Source: Candidatus Eiseniibacteriota bacterium | GTDB lineage: Bacteria; Eisenbacteria; RBG-16-71-46; SZUA-252 | Assembly: GCA_031370645.1 (NCBI GenBank) | Contig: JANMQV010000152.1 | Span: forward strand, 32,001 to 96,000 | Reading direction: 5' to 3' | Length of the DNA stretch: 64,000 bases | Part shown: positions 38,260 through 48,362 of the stretch, one piece after another | Layout of the letters: every line of letters starts with the position of its first letter | Position numbering within the stretch: position 1 is the stretch's first letter | Program-made: the position numbers and the translations under genes | The notes under the pieces: generated by a model | Seen by the model: the letters and a program-made list of their open reading frames with translations, nothing else | What the model was told of the DNA's origin: nothing | Database searches by the model: none

Positions 38260-39198
38260 ATGTCCGGGCACGTCCCGGTCCTCCTCCTCGAAGCGGTCCG
38301 GCTTCTCATCACCGATTCACGCGGCACCTACGTCGACGTCACGCTCGGCGGCGGCGGGCACTCGGTGGCTTTACTGCACGAGGTGGGAATGGATTCGAGG
38401 CTGGTAGGGATGGATTGCGACCCAGCGGCGGTGGAACGCGCGCGCCGGACGCCGCCTGCCCTGGCCCCACGTTTCACCGCCGTCCGTGCGCGCTTCTCCG
38501 AACTGGAACGCGCTCTCGAGTCGCTCGGCATCGCCGAGGTGGACGGGATCCTCGCCGATCTCGGCATCTCCTCGACACAGCTCGACGATCCGGTCCGCGG
38601 TCTGTCGTTCGACCGTGAGGGGCCGCTCGATATGCGTCTCGACCCATCCCGCCCCGATTCCGCCGACTCCCTGATCTCCAAGGTGGACGACGAAACGCTC
38701 GTGCGGTGGCTCTCCGAGTATGGCGAGCTTCCCCGCGCGCGCGCCGCGGCCCGCGCCATCCGCCGCCAGCGCCACGCCCAGGGACATCTCACGACGCGCG
38801 GGCTCCGCGACGCGCTGGAGCCGCTCTACCCCGGCCCGTCACGCCACCGCCGTTTGGCTCAGGCGTTCCAGGCGCTCCGCATGGCGGTCAATCACGAGCT
38901 CGAGGAGCTTCGCGCGCTGCTCGACGCGGCCGCGCGGATCGTCCGGCCCGGCGGGACGCTCGTCGTCATCGCCTACCACTCGATCGAGGACCGGATGGTA
39001 AAGCAGGCCTTCCGGCCGCCACGCCCGTTCGAGATATGGGAAGAGCCGGCGCCCGAGCCGTGGGAGCCGATCACGCCGAAACCGATCCGTCCCGATGACT
39101 CCGAAGTTCACGACAACCCTCGCGCGGGAAGCGCGCGCCTGCGGGCGGCTCGCCGCCGCCCCGGCGTGGCGGCGCCCGTGCGCCGCGAGGAGGCCTGA
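38260..39198 (+). CDS. rsmH: 16S rRNA C1402 N4-methyltransferase
   Basis: HVPVLL, VDVTLGGGGHS, DLGISSTQLD, GPLDMRLD, FQALRMAVNHEL, YHSIEDRMVK, NPRAGSARLR. Confidence 0.97.
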   Translation: MSGHVPVLLLEAVRLLITDSRGTYVDVTLGGGGHSVALLHEVGMDSRLVGMDCDPAAVERARRTPPALAPRFTAVRARFSELERALESLGIAEVDGILADLGISSTQLDDPVRGLSFDREGPLDMRLDPSRPDSADSLISKVDDETLVRWLSEYGELPRARAAARAIRRQRHAQGHLTTRGLRDALEPLYPGPSRHRRLAQAFQALRMAVNHELEELRALLDAAARIVRPGGTLVVIAYHSIEDRMVKQAFRPPRPFEIWEEPAPEPWEPITPKPIRPDDSEVHDNPRAGSARLRAARRRPGVAAPVRREEA

Positions 39199-39199
39199 G

Positions 39200-39670
39200 G
39201 TGAGTGGCTACCTCCGTCGCTACCGCCTCGAACCGCGCCGTGGACACGGCCGTCTCGTGGCCTGCGTTCTTCTCCTCATGGCCGTCCTCTTCGCGAAAGT
39301 CTGGCAGTCGACGGCCGCGAATTCGCTCTCGATGGAGCGCGACCGCCTTCGCCGCGAGGTGCGCGTGCTGGAGAACCGGATTCGCCTCTCCTCCGAACTC
39401 CGCATCCAGGCCGCGCTCCGCGAGGGGCTCGATCATCGGGCGCTCACGGCGCTCGGCTTTCAGAATCCCGACCCGGCCGTCGTCGTGAACATCGAACTGA
39501 GCGACGCGGCGCCCCTCGGTCCCCGAGCAAGTGACGGCGTCGCCGCGCGATTCAGCGGATTCCTCCGCGGCTTCCAGGGCACGCGCGACCGACGAGCCGA
39601 CGAGGCCCGCGCCATCGAGGTTTCCACGGAGATTCCCACCGACGCAAACGCCGACGAGGGGTCCCGATGA
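39200..39670 (+). CDS. ftsL: Cell division protein FtsL (divergent, C-terminally extended)
   Basis: Lies between rsmH and ftsI; basic N-terminus, one TM helix, coiled coil, then ALGFQNP. Confidence 0.7.
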   Translation: MSGYLRRYRLEPRRGHGRLVACVLLLMAVLFAKVWQSTAANSLSMERDRLRREVRVLENRIRLSSELRIQAALREGLDHRALTALGFQNPDPAVVVNIELSDAAPLGPRASDGVAARFSGFLRGFQGTRDRRADEARAIEVSTEIPTDANADEGSR

Positions 39671-41757
39671 TTCCGCGCGACCGAAATCGCCTTCGCGCGA
39701 TCGCGCTCCTCGGGCTCGTGGCCTTCGCCGTGCTCTTCGCGCGTTTGGTTCAGATCCAGTTGGTCGGCCACGAGCGATACGCGCGCGACGCCCGCTCCCA
39801 GCAGACGCGTCGCGTCATCTTGGAGCCGGAGCGGGGAAGAATTTTCGACCGCCACCTCCGTCCGCTCGCGGAGAACGTCGACCTGAGCCAGATTTCGGTT
39901 CGTCCCGGCGAGATTCGGAACGCCGGCGCCGTGGGCGATTTCCTCCGGCAAACGACCGGCGCCCCGGGGCTCCGGAAGCTCAAACTGGGGCGCGCGAATC
40001 ACCGCGTCTACGTCCGCATCGCCGCCCAGCTGAAGCCGGAGCAGGAACTCGCGCTGAAGACGACGAAACTCCCCGAGGGGATTCACGTCGAGCAGGTGCC
40101 GGGCCGCGTCTACCCGCTCGAGGACGTCGCCCGTTCGGTCCTGGGCGTCGTGGGGAATGAAGGGCACGGCCTCGAAGGGCTGGAGCAGGTCTTCGACCGC
40201 GAACTGCAAGGGAAGCCGGGCTGGGCCACGCTCTTCTCGGACGGTCGCGGAACGAACTACGAGTTGCCCCGAAGCATGGTGAAGCTGCCCGACTCGGGCG
40301 GAAGCCTCGTGACGACGATCGACCTCGATGCCCAGTCGGTGGCCGTCATGAAGCTCCGCGAAGCCGTGGCGCGGACCGGATCGAAGAGCGGCACGGCGGT
40401 CTTCGTCGATCCGAAGACGGGCGACATCCTGGCAATGGCAACGGTCGATGGCCCCGCGGCCGGGGGCGCTCCGAACCGAAACCGCGTCGTGGCCGACCAG
40501 TACGAGCCGGGTTCCACGTTCAAGATCCTCGCCGGCTGTGCCGCCATCGAGGAGAAGCTCTTCTCCGACCAGGAATCGATTTGGGTCTACCAGGGGAAGA
40601 TCGACTTCGGCGGCTTCTCGATCCACGACTCCCATCCGGAGACCGGGTGGTACACGCTTCGCCGCGCGACCTCGCACTCGAGCAACGTCGTCTACTCCCA
40701 GGTCGGAACGCGCGTGGGCGCGGAGCGGCTCTACCGCTACGCGCGGCTTTTCGGATTCGGACAACCGACGCGCGTACAGCTCCCGGGCGAAGCGCCGGGC
40801 GTGGTGCGCGAACCGTCGCGCTGGTCGAAGCGCTCCCTTGCGACGATCTCGATCGGCCACGAGGTGCTCGTGACGCCACTCCAGGTGGTGATGGCCTACG
40901 CCGCCGTCGCGAATGGAGGGATGCTCCTTCGCCCCCGCATCGCGAGCGCGATCGTGGACGACGAAGGCGAGCTGATCCGCGAGGTGCCGGTGGAGCCGGT
41001 CCGGCGCGTGATCTCCGAAGCGACGGCGAGGAAGTTCCGCTCCTTCCTCCGCGAGGCGGTAACCGATGGGACGGCCGCCGAGGCGGCGCTCCCCTGGTGC
41101 GAGGTGGCGGGAAAGACGGGAACGGCGCAGAAGACGGTGGAAGGGACGAAGGGGTACGGCGCGGGGCGTTACATGGCCTCATTCGTCGGGATGGTGCCGG
41201 CCGACGATCCGAAGGTGGTCGGGCTCGTCGTCCTCGACGAACCGCGCGGCGCCTATTACGGCGGCGAAATCGCCGCACCGGTGTTCCGAGAAATCATCGC
41301 GGCTTGGGCGGTGCAGGGGCGCGGGCCGTTGACGATGCCGACTTCGGAGTTGGTGCGCGCGGACGAACCGCCCTCCTCCTCCGAGCGCGTTCCCGACGTC
41401 CGCCTTCTGGCGCCGGGCCGCGCGCGCGAGCTCTTGGGGCGCGGTGGATTCGATGTACGCGTGACCGGCGACGGCGCGCGAGTCCTGGCGCAGGATCCGG
41501 CGCCGGGCGAAGCCGCAAGGAGGGGCGCGACGGTTTCGCTCACGCTCGCCTCGGCGACGGAGACGGGTGAGGTCGTGATGCCCGACCTCCGCGGGCTCTC
41601 GGTGCGGGAGGCCATCACGCAATTGCGCGCGCTGGCCATTCCCGTCGGGCGCGTGCGGGGATCGTCGGGACGGGTGGTGGAGCAGTCTCCCGAGCCGGGG
41701 CGGGTCGTGCGCCGCGAGACGCGAGCCGTCTTGACGCTCGAGCCGCGGGGCGCGTGA
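39667..41757 (+). CDS. ftsI: Class B penicillin-binding protein FtsI with two PASTA domains
   Basis: ERGRIFDR, RVYP, GLEGLE, YEPGSTFK (SxxK), SSN, KTGT; C-terminal VPDV and MPDLRGL PASTA repeats. Confidence 0.95.
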   Translation: MIPRDRNRLRAIALLGLVAFAVLFARLVQIQLVGHERYARDARSQQTRRVILEPERGRIFDRHLRPLAENVDLSQISVRPGEIRNAGAVGDFLRQTTGAPGLRKLKLGRANHRVYVRIAAQLKPEQELALKTTKLPEGIHVEQVPGRVYPLEDVARSVLGVVGNEGHGLEGLEQVFDRELQGKPGWATLFSDGRGTNYELPRSMVKLPDSGGSLVTTIDLDAQSVAVMKLREAVARTGSKSGTAVFVDPKTGDILAMATVDGPAAGGAPNRNRVVADQYEPGSTFKILAGCAAIEEKLFSDQESIWVYQGKIDFGGFSIHDSHPETGWYTLRRATSHSSNVVYSQVGTRVGAERLYRYARLFGFGQPTRVQLPGEAPGVVREPSRWSKRSLATISIGHEVLVTPLQVVMAYAAVANGGMLLRPRIASAIVDDEGELIREVPVEPVRRVISEATARKFRSFLREAVTDGTAAEAALPWCEVAGKTGTAQKTVEGTKGYGAGRYMASFVGMVPADDPKVVGLVVLDEPRGAYYGGEIAAPVFREIIAAWAVQGRGPLTMPTSELVRADEPPSSSERVPDVRLLAPGRARELLGRGGFDVRVTGDGARVLAQDPAPGEAARRGATVSLTLASATETGEVVMPDLRGLSVREAITQLRALAIPVGRVRGSSGRVVEQSPEPGRVVRRETRAVLTLEPRGA

Positions 41758-43253
41758 TCGGCGCCATCGCACGTGAAGCGGCCGCCGTGCCGCGGATCCT
41801 GAACGCGCTCGAGACGCGCGGGGCCGCCACGGGAACGTGGGCCCGCGTGCAGTACGATTCCCGCGCGGTGGGCGCGGGGGATCTCTTCGTCGCCATTCCC
41901 GGAGCGAAAGCCGACGGACACGGCTATCTCGGCGCGGCGCACGCGAAGGGTGCGCTCCTCGCCGTCGTGGAGCGAATCGTTCCCGGCGAGCCGATTCCGC
42001 AAGTAAGGGTCGCGAGCGCGCGGCGGGCGCTGGCGCTCCTGGCTGGAGAAGAGACGGAACACGCCTCGCGCGAACTGACCATGATCGGCGTGACGGGGAC
42101 GAACGGAAAGACGACCACGACGCACCTGGTGCGCGCGGTGCTCGAGCGGCACGGCGAGCGGGTCGGTGTCATCGGCACGGTCGGGTACGAATTCGCAGGC
42201 GAGCGCCACGACGCCGCCCACACGACGCCCGAGGCGCCCGAGCTGGCGCGTCTTCTTCGCACGTGGCGCGACCACGGCGCCGACGCGGTGGCGATGGAGG
42301 TTTCGTCGCACGCGCTGGCGCTCGATCGCTCCTATGGGATCGCATTCGACGCGGGGGTCTTCACCAACTTGACGCAGGACCATCTCGACTTCCACGGGAC
42401 GCTGGAGGTGTATCGCGACGCGAAAGCGCGGCTCTTCCGCCCCGATACGCGCGGCGATCGCACGAAGCCGTTCGTCGGCGTGGTGAACGGCGACGACCCG
42501 GCCGGACTCTGGATCAAGGAGCACGGCAAAGGAAAATTTCTCACATTTGGGCGCGGCGCAGCGGCGGAGGTTGCGGCCACGGACGTGCAGCTTGATCCGT
42601 CAGGCACGAGACTACGGATTCGGCACCCGCGCGGTACCGAAACGGTCGCCCTCCGCCTGCGCGGCGCCTTCAATGTGATGAACGCCCTCGCGGCGTTCGG
42701 TGCCTGCTACGTGCTCGGCGTTCCGCCCGCCGAAATCGCCGAGGGTCTCGGCGAATTGGCGCGCGTGCCGGGGCGACTCGATCCGGTCGATGCGGGGCAG
42801 CCGTTTCAGGTCTTCGTCGACTACGCCCACACGCCCGACGCGCTCGAACGCGCGCTGGAAGCCGTTCGCGCCCTGGGGCCGAAGCGACTTCGTTGTGTCT
42901 TCGGCTGCGGCGGCGATCGCGATCGCGGGAAGCGCCCTCTCATGGGCGAGGCGGCGGCGCGTCTGGCGGACGACGTGATCGTGACCTCCGACAATCCGCG
43001 GAGCGAGGCGCCGGAGGCGATCGTCGCGGAGATACTCGCCGGCGCCGGCGCGGCGGGAGGTTCGAAGGTCCGCGCGATGATCGATCGATCCGAGGCGATC
43101 CACGCCGCGGTGGCGGCGTGCGAGCCGGGCGACGCCCTCCTGATCGCGGGGAAGGGGCACGAGACGTATCAGATTCTCGCCGACCGGACGATCGACTTCG
43201 ACGATCGTGCGGTCGCGCGCGACGCACTTCGCCTTCGAGGATTCAAGGCGTGA
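41754..43253 (+). CDS. murE: UDP-MurNAc-dipeptide:meso-DAP ligase
   Basis: GVTGTNGKTTT, MEVSSHAL, FTNLTQDHLDFH, VDYAHTPD, DNPR (mDAP-type), AGKGHE. Confidence 0.97.
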   Translation: MIGAIAREAAAVPRILNALETRGAATGTWARVQYDSRAVGAGDLFVAIPGAKADGHGYLGAAHAKGALLAVVERIVPGEPIPQVRVASARRALALLAGEETEHASRELTMIGVTGTNGKTTTTHLVRAVLERHGERVGVIGTVGYEFAGERHDAAHTTPEAPELARLLRTWRDHGADAVAMEVSSHALALDRSYGIAFDAGVFTNLTQDHLDFHGTLEVYRDAKARLFRPDTRGDRTKPFVGVVNGDDPAGLWIKEHGKGKFLTFGRGAAAEVAATDVQLDPSGTRLRIRHPRGTETVALRLRGAFNVMNALAAFGACYVLGVPPAEIAEGLGELARVPGRLDPVDAGQPFQVFVDYAHTPDALERALEAVRALGPKRLRCVFGCGGDRDRGKRPLMGEAAARLADDVIVTSDNPRSEAPEAIVAEILAGAGAAGGSKVRAMIDRSEAIHAAVAACEPGDALLIAGKGHETYQILADRTIDFDDRAVARDALRLRGFKA

Positions 43254-44722
43254 CGCCGGCTCCGAGGGCCGGTGCGACCACGCGGACGCCGAGCCCCTGG
43301 CTCTCGCTCGCGGATGTCGCTCGCGTCACGGGAGGAACGCTGGTCGTTCCCGCGAGCGCCAAGGCGGCTGCAGCCTTCGCGGAGGCGGCGATCGATAGCC
43401 GTACCCTCCTCGGTGGGGAGCTCTTCGTGCCGCTTCCGGGCGCCAACAGCGACGGCCACGCGTTCGTCGCCGCGGCGCTCGATGCGGGCGCGGCGGGGAG
43501 CCTGGTGCGGAGCGACTGGACCGTCCCCGCCGAGATCGCGCGGCGCGGAAAGCCAGTGATCGCGGTCCCCGATCCGCTCGTCGCGCTCCAGACGCTCGCG
43601 CGTCACTGCCGCGACCGTGCCGGGATTCCCGTCGTGGCGGTGACCGGATCGAACGGCAAGACGACGACGAAGGAGATGATCGCGGCCGTGCTCGGCTCGC
43701 GGCTTCGCGTGCACAAGAACGTGGGGAACTGGAACAACCAGATCGGATTGCCGCTGACGATGACACGGCTTCGCCCCGAGCACCAGGTGATGACGCTGGA
43801 ACTGGCCATGCGCGCCCGGGGGGAGATTGCCGAACTCGCGCGAATCTGCCGTCCCGATGTCGGCGTGCTCACGGTGGCGGCGGAGGCGCACTTGGAGCGG
43901 CTTGGATCGCTCGATGCGATCGCCCAGGCGAAAAGCGAACTTGCCGCGGCCATTCCGGCCGACGGTCTTCTCGTCTTGAACGCCGACGACGCGAGGCTCT
44001 GGGCGATGAACCGGAAGCGCTCCGTGCCGATCCGCTCGTACGCGACGGAGAATCCCGAAGCCGATCTCAAGCCGACGAGCGTCAGCGTGACGACCGAAGG
44101 GGGAACGCGTTTCGCGCTCCCCGACGGCACGGAGTTCTCGCTCTCGCTCCTCGGCCGCCACAACGTGCGAAACGCGCTCGCCGCCATTCTGGTGGGAGAG
44201 CGCTTCGGCGTCACGCACGCGGCCGCGGCCTTAGCACTCCGCGCCATGCCGGCACCGGCGCACCGCCTCGAGTTGCTTCAGTCGGGCGGCGTGTCGGTGC
44301 TGGACGATTGTTACAACGCGAACCCCGCGTCGATGGGCGAAGCACTCTGGCTCCTCGGCGCCATCGAGACGCGGGGCGCGCGGCGCGCGGTGCTCGGCGA
44401 CATGCTCGAACTCGGGCGCGAGGCGGAATCGTTTCACGAAGCGATCGGACGGCGCGTTCCCGCCGCCGCGTGGCTTTACGTGGCGGGCGCGTTCTCCGAG
44501 GCGGTGGCGCGCGGCGCCGCGGCCGCGGGTGTCGAGGCCACGCGTCTCCGCCGCTTCGACGACGTGGATGCCATGGCCGCCGCCGTGCGCGCGGACGTGA
44601 AGCCGGGAGACCTGGTGTTGGTGAAGGGATCACGCGGGATGCGGCTCGAGCGGGTCGTCGACGCGCTCGTGCCGGGGCGCGCGGGGAACGCGGCCGCTTT
44701 GGCGGCGGCGGGGAAGGAGTAG
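43250..44722 (+). CDS. murF: UDP-MurNAc-tripeptide:D-Ala-D-Ala ligase
   Basis: AVTGSNGKTTTKEM, NNQIGLPLT, DDCYNANP, LGDMLELG, VKGSRGM. Confidence 0.96.
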   Translation: MTPAPRAGATTRTPSPWLSLADVARVTGGTLVVPASAKAAAAFAEAAIDSRTLLGGELFVPLPGANSDGHAFVAAALDAGAAGSLVRSDWTVPAEIARRGKPVIAVPDPLVALQTLARHCRDRAGIPVVAVTGSNGKTTTKEMIAAVLGSRLRVHKNVGNWNNQIGLPLTMTRLRPEHQVMTLELAMRARGEIAELARICRPDVGVLTVAAEAHLERLGSLDAIAQAKSELAAAIPADGLLVLNADDARLWAMNRKRSVPIRSYATENPEADLKPTSVSVTTEGGTRFALPDGTEFSLSLLGRHNVRNALAAILVGERFGVTHAAAALALRAMPAPAHRLELLQSGGVSVLDDCYNANPASMGEALWLLGAIETRGARRAVLGDMLELGREAESFHEAIGRRVPAAAWLYVAGAFSEAVARGAAAAGVEATRLRRFDDVDAMAAAVRADVKPGDLVLVKGSRGMRLERVVDALVPGRAGNAAALAAAGKE

Positions 44723-44725
44723 CCG

Positions 44726-45814
44726 GTGCTCTATCACCTCCTCTATCCGCTCCACGAACAGTTCCCGGCGCTGAATGTCTTCCGATACATCACGTTTCGC
44801 TCCGCCTACGCCATGGCCACCGCGCTCCTCCTGGCGCTCGTTTTCGGCCCGGTCGTGATCCGGAAGCTGAAGGCGCTGAAGATCGGGCAGATGATTCGCG
44901 AGGAAGGCCCCCAGTCGCACTACGACAAGGCGGGCACCCCCACGATGGGCGGGATCTTGATCGTCATCGCCATCGCGGTGAGCACGCTTCTCTGGGGAAA
45001 TCTCGAGAATCGTCTCGTCTGGGTCGCCCTCATCGCGACGCTCTTCATGGGCGCCGTCGGCTTCCTGGACGACTGGCTTCGCGTGGTGAAGCACCTTCGG
45101 AAGGGACTACTCGGCCGCTACAAATTGGCGGGCCAAATCGCGCTCGGAATCGGTGTGTTCCTGGCGGTCTTCCTCTATCCGTCCGGCGGGCTCCTCGACC
45201 CGAGCGAGACGAACGTTCCCTTCCTCAAGCGGACCTTCCTCGACTTCGGCTGGCTCTACCTGCCGTTCGTGGTGCTCGTCATCACCGGCTCCTCGAACGC
45301 CGTGAATCTCGCCGACGGGCTCGACGGCCTCGCCGCCGGCATGACCGCGTTCGCCGCCGTGGCTCTCGGCGGCATGTGCTACATCACGGGGCACGTGAAG
45401 TTCTCGCAGTACCTCCAGGTGGCCTACATCCCCGGCGCCGGTGAGCTGACCGTCTTCTGCGCGGCGGTGCTCGGTGCGACGCTCGGCTTCCTGTGGTGGA
45501 ATTGCCACCCGGCCGACGTCTTCATGGGCGACACCGGTTCGCTCTCGCTCGGCGCCGCGCTCGGCACGGTGGCGGTCCTGATCAAGCGCGAGTTCCTCCT
45601 CGCCATCGTCGGCGCCGTTTTCGTCCTCGAGGCCCTTTCGGTAATGGCGCAGGTCTTGTCGTTCAAGCTCTGGGGAAAGCGGATCCTCCGCATGTCGCCC
45701 CTTCATCACCATTTCGAACTCTCCGGCTGGAAGGAGACGCGCGTCGTGGTCCGCTTCTGGATCGCCGCCGCGCTCTTCGCGCTCGTCGGATTGAGCACGT
45801 TGAAACTTCAATGA
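44726..45814 (+). CDS. mraY: Phospho-MurNAc-pentapeptide transferase
   Basis: KAGTPTMGG, GFLDD, SNAVNLADGLDGL, FMGDTGS, PLHHHFE. Confidence 0.98.
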   Translation: MLYHLLYPLHEQFPALNVFRYITFRSAYAMATALLLALVFGPVVIRKLKALKIGQMIREEGPQSHYDKAGTPTMGGILIVIAIAVSTLLWGNLENRLVWVALIATLFMGAVGFLDDWLRVVKHLRKGLLGRYKLAGQIALGIGVFLAVFLYPSGGLLDPSETNVPFLKRTFLDFGWLYLPFVVLVITGSSNAVNLADGLDGLAAGMTAFAAVALGGMCYITGHVKFSQYLQVAYIPGAGELTVFCAAVLGATLGFLWWNCHPADVFMGDTGSLSLGAALGTVAVLIKREFLLAIVGAVFVLEALSVMAQVLSFKLWGKRILRMSPLHHHFELSGWKETRVVVRFWIAAALFALVGLSTLKLQ

Positions 45815-47193
45815 CCGAGCGTCCCTTCTTCGCCGGGGCGAAGGCCCTGATCGTCGGCGCCGCGCGAAGCGGTGTGGCGGCGGCGAAGCTGATCGTTCGC
45901 CACGGCGGCCAGGTACGTCTGGTCGACCGCCGAGCGGCCGGAGAGCTGGCCGCCACCGTCCGCGATTTGGAGGCGCTCGGCGTGGAACTCCGCTTCGGCG
46001 CCACGGACACGAGCGCGCTCGAAGGGCGCGACCTGGTCGTCGTGAGCCCCGGCGTGCCGCTCGATCTGCCGCTCTTCCGCGAGGCCGAACGCCGCGGCAT
46101 CCCGGTCGTCGCGGAGCTCGAGCTGGGGCACGCGGTCGCGAAGGCGCCGATCGTCGCGGTAACCGGGACGAACGGAAAGAGCACCACGGTGGAACTCCTC
46201 GGCGCCATGGGTCGCGCCGCCGGCAGGGCGACCGAAGTGCTCGGAAACATCGGCACCGCGCTCTCCGAGCGGGCGGAAGAAGTCCCCGCCGAGGGACTCC
46301 TCGTCGTCGAGGTCTCGTCATTCCAACTCGAGACCTGCACGCGATTCCGTCCCCGCGTCGGCGTGATCCTGAACGTGACGCCCGACCATCTCGACCGCCA
46401 TGGGTCGATCGAGCGCTATGCGGCGTTGAAGGCGCGCCTCTTCGAGCGGCAGGATGAGAGCGATTTCCGCGTCCAGCCGCTCGGCGAGGCCCGCATCACG
46501 GCCCTTCTTCGCCCCATGCGCTCGCGCCCGCTCTGGTTCGGCGTCGCCGATCCGACGGGCGATGGAGTCTGGTTGGAAGGCGACTCGCTCCAGTGGCGTT
46601 TCGGAAGGAACCACGGCACGTTCCTCCGCCGTGAAGAGGTACCGCTTCCCGGGCCGCACAACACCGAGAACATGACCGCGGCCGCGGCCGCGGCACTCGC
46701 CGTCGGGATCGCGCCGGCCGCGATCGCGAAGGCGCTCCGCGAGTTCAAGGGACTGCCGCACCGGCTCACGCTCGTCGCCACAATCGACGGGGTGCGTTAC
46801 GTCAACGATTCCAAGGCCACAAACGTCGATGCGATGCGCCGCGCGCTCGAGTCGTACGACGCGCCGATCGTGCTGATCGCGGGGGGACGGGACAAGGACG
46901 GGGACTTCGCGGCGGTCGCGCCGCTGGTTCTCGAGCGAGTTCGCCATCTCGTCACGTTGGGTGAAGCGGCCGAGAAACTCGAAGGCGCCTGGCCACAGGT
47001 GCCGACGACACGGGCCGCGACGCTCGAAGGGGCGGTGGCGTCCGCGCGGTCCCACGCGACCCCAGGAGGGGTCGTCCTCCTCTCTCCCGGCTGTGCATCG
47101 TACGACATGTTCCGGAATTTCGAGGACCGCGGGGCGCGGTTCGAGGCGGCCGTGCACACCCTGGAGCGCGAGCGCGCGGGAGCGGGACGATGA
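45811..47193 (+). CDS. murD: UDP-MurNAc-L-Ala:D-Glu ligase
   Basis: VVSPGVP, VTGTNGKSTT, EVSSFQL, NVTPDHLDRH, NDSKATN, LSPGCASYDMF. Confidence 0.97.
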   Translation: MTERPFFAGAKALIVGAARSGVAAAKLIVRHGGQVRLVDRRAAGELAATVRDLEALGVELRFGATDTSALEGRDLVVVSPGVPLDLPLFREAERRGIPVVAELELGHAVAKAPIVAVTGTNGKSTTVELLGAMGRAAGRATEVLGNIGTALSERAEEVPAEGLLVVEVSSFQLETCTRFRPRVGVILNVTPDHLDRHGSIERYAALKARLFERQDESDFRVQPLGEARITALLRPMRSRPLWFGVADPTGDGVWLEGDSLQWRFGRNHGTFLRREEVPLPGPHNTENMTAAAAAALAVGIAPAAIAKALREFKGLPHRLTLVATIDGVRYVNDSKATNVDAMRRALESYDAPIVLIAGGRDKDGDFAAVAPLVLERVRHLVTLGEAAEKLEGAWPQVPTTRAATLEGAVASARSHATPGGVVLLSPGCASYDMFRNFEDRGARFEAAVHTLERERAGAGR

Positions 47194-48362
47194 ACGTCGC
47201 TGTCGGCTCCACGCGCCGATTCGACTGGGCGCTCGTCGCCCCCGTCGCGTGTCTCGTGGCGCTCGGCGTCGTCATGGTCTACTCCTCGAGCGCGTTTCTC
47301 GGGGCGACCCGCTACGATTCGGCTACTTACTTCCTGCAGCGCCACGCCGTCCGCGTGATTCTCGGCGTGGGGCTCCTGGCCGTTCTCATGCGGATCGACT
47401 ACCACCGCCTCCAGCGGCTCGCTCCCTGGGCGCTCGGCGGGAGCGTCGTCCTGCTCGGCGTCCTCATCGCGCTCGGCGGCGAAGGGGTGCGCGGCGCGAA
47501 CCGCTGGCTCTCGGTCGCCACCTTTACCATGCAGCCCACCGAGTTGGCGCGCGTGGCCTGCGTGATCTATCTGGCGCACCTTCTCGACAAGAAGGGGAAC
47601 CGCATCGCGTCATTCCGCGACGGCATCCTCCCCGCCTGCATGGTGCTCGGGCTCCTCGCGCTCCTCATCTTGAAACAGCCGAACCTCGGGAGCACGATCG
47701 CGCTCCTCTCGACCGGCTTCGCGCTCCTCTATCTCGCGGGCGCGAAGCGCCGACACTTGGCGCTCCTCGTGCTGGCGGGCGTCCTCGTCGCCTCGCTCGC
47801 CGTGCTCCGGAACCCCTACATGATGGATCGCGTCGTCGCCTGGCAGGCGCAGTGGGGCTCAGGACATGCCGATGCCCTCGGCAAGAACTGGCAGGTATCG
47901 CAGTCGATCCTGGCGCTCGGATCGGGCGGCGTCTTCGGCGCGGGAGCGGGGCACGGGCTTCAAAAAGTATTCTTCCTCCCCGATCCGCACACCGACTTCA
48001 TCTACGCGGTGGTCGGCGAGGAACTCGGGCTTCTTGGAACGGCGGGCGTGCTCTTGGCCTACGTGGCGCTCTTCCTCCGCGGGCTCAAGGTGGCGGCGAA
48101 CGCGCCGGATCGCTTCGGGCGCTATCTCGCGGCCGGTCTCACCGTGAATCTGTCCGTCTATGTGGCCATGAACATCGCGGTCGTCACCGGCGTCATTCCG
48201 ACGACGGGGTTGCCGCTGCCGTTCCTGAGTTACGGGGGCTCGGCCCTCGTCGTCAATCTGGGGGTGGTGGGTGTCCTTCTCAACATCGCGAGTCAAGCCG
48301 ACGGCGGCACTCGTCCCGCACCGATCGTCCGCACTGGCGGCGTCCGCGTGGCGCGTGGCTGA
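47190..48362 (+). CDS. ftsW: SEDS peptidoglycan polymerase FtsW
   Basis: GVVMVYSSS, GANRW, QPTE, QPNLG, LPDPHTDFI, GEELG, PTTGLPLPFLSYGGS. Confidence 0.96.
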   Translation: MNVAVGSTRRFDWALVAPVACLVALGVVMVYSSSAFLGATRYDSATYFLQRHAVRVILGVGLLAVLMRIDYHRLQRLAPWALGGSVVLLGVLIALGGEGVRGANRWLSVATFTMQPTELARVACVIYLAHLLDKKGNRIASFRDGILPACMVLGLLALLILKQPNLGSTIALLSTGFALLYLAGAKRRHLALLVLAGVLVASLAVLRNPYMMDRVVAWQAQWGSGHADALGKNWQVSQSILALGSGGVFGAGAGHGLQKVFFLPDPHTDFIYAVVGEELGLLGTAGVLLAYVALFLRGLKVAANAPDRFGRYLAAGLTVNLSVYVAMNIAVVTGVIPTTGLPLPFLSYGGSALVVNLGVVGVLLNIASQADGGTRPAPIVRTGGVRVARG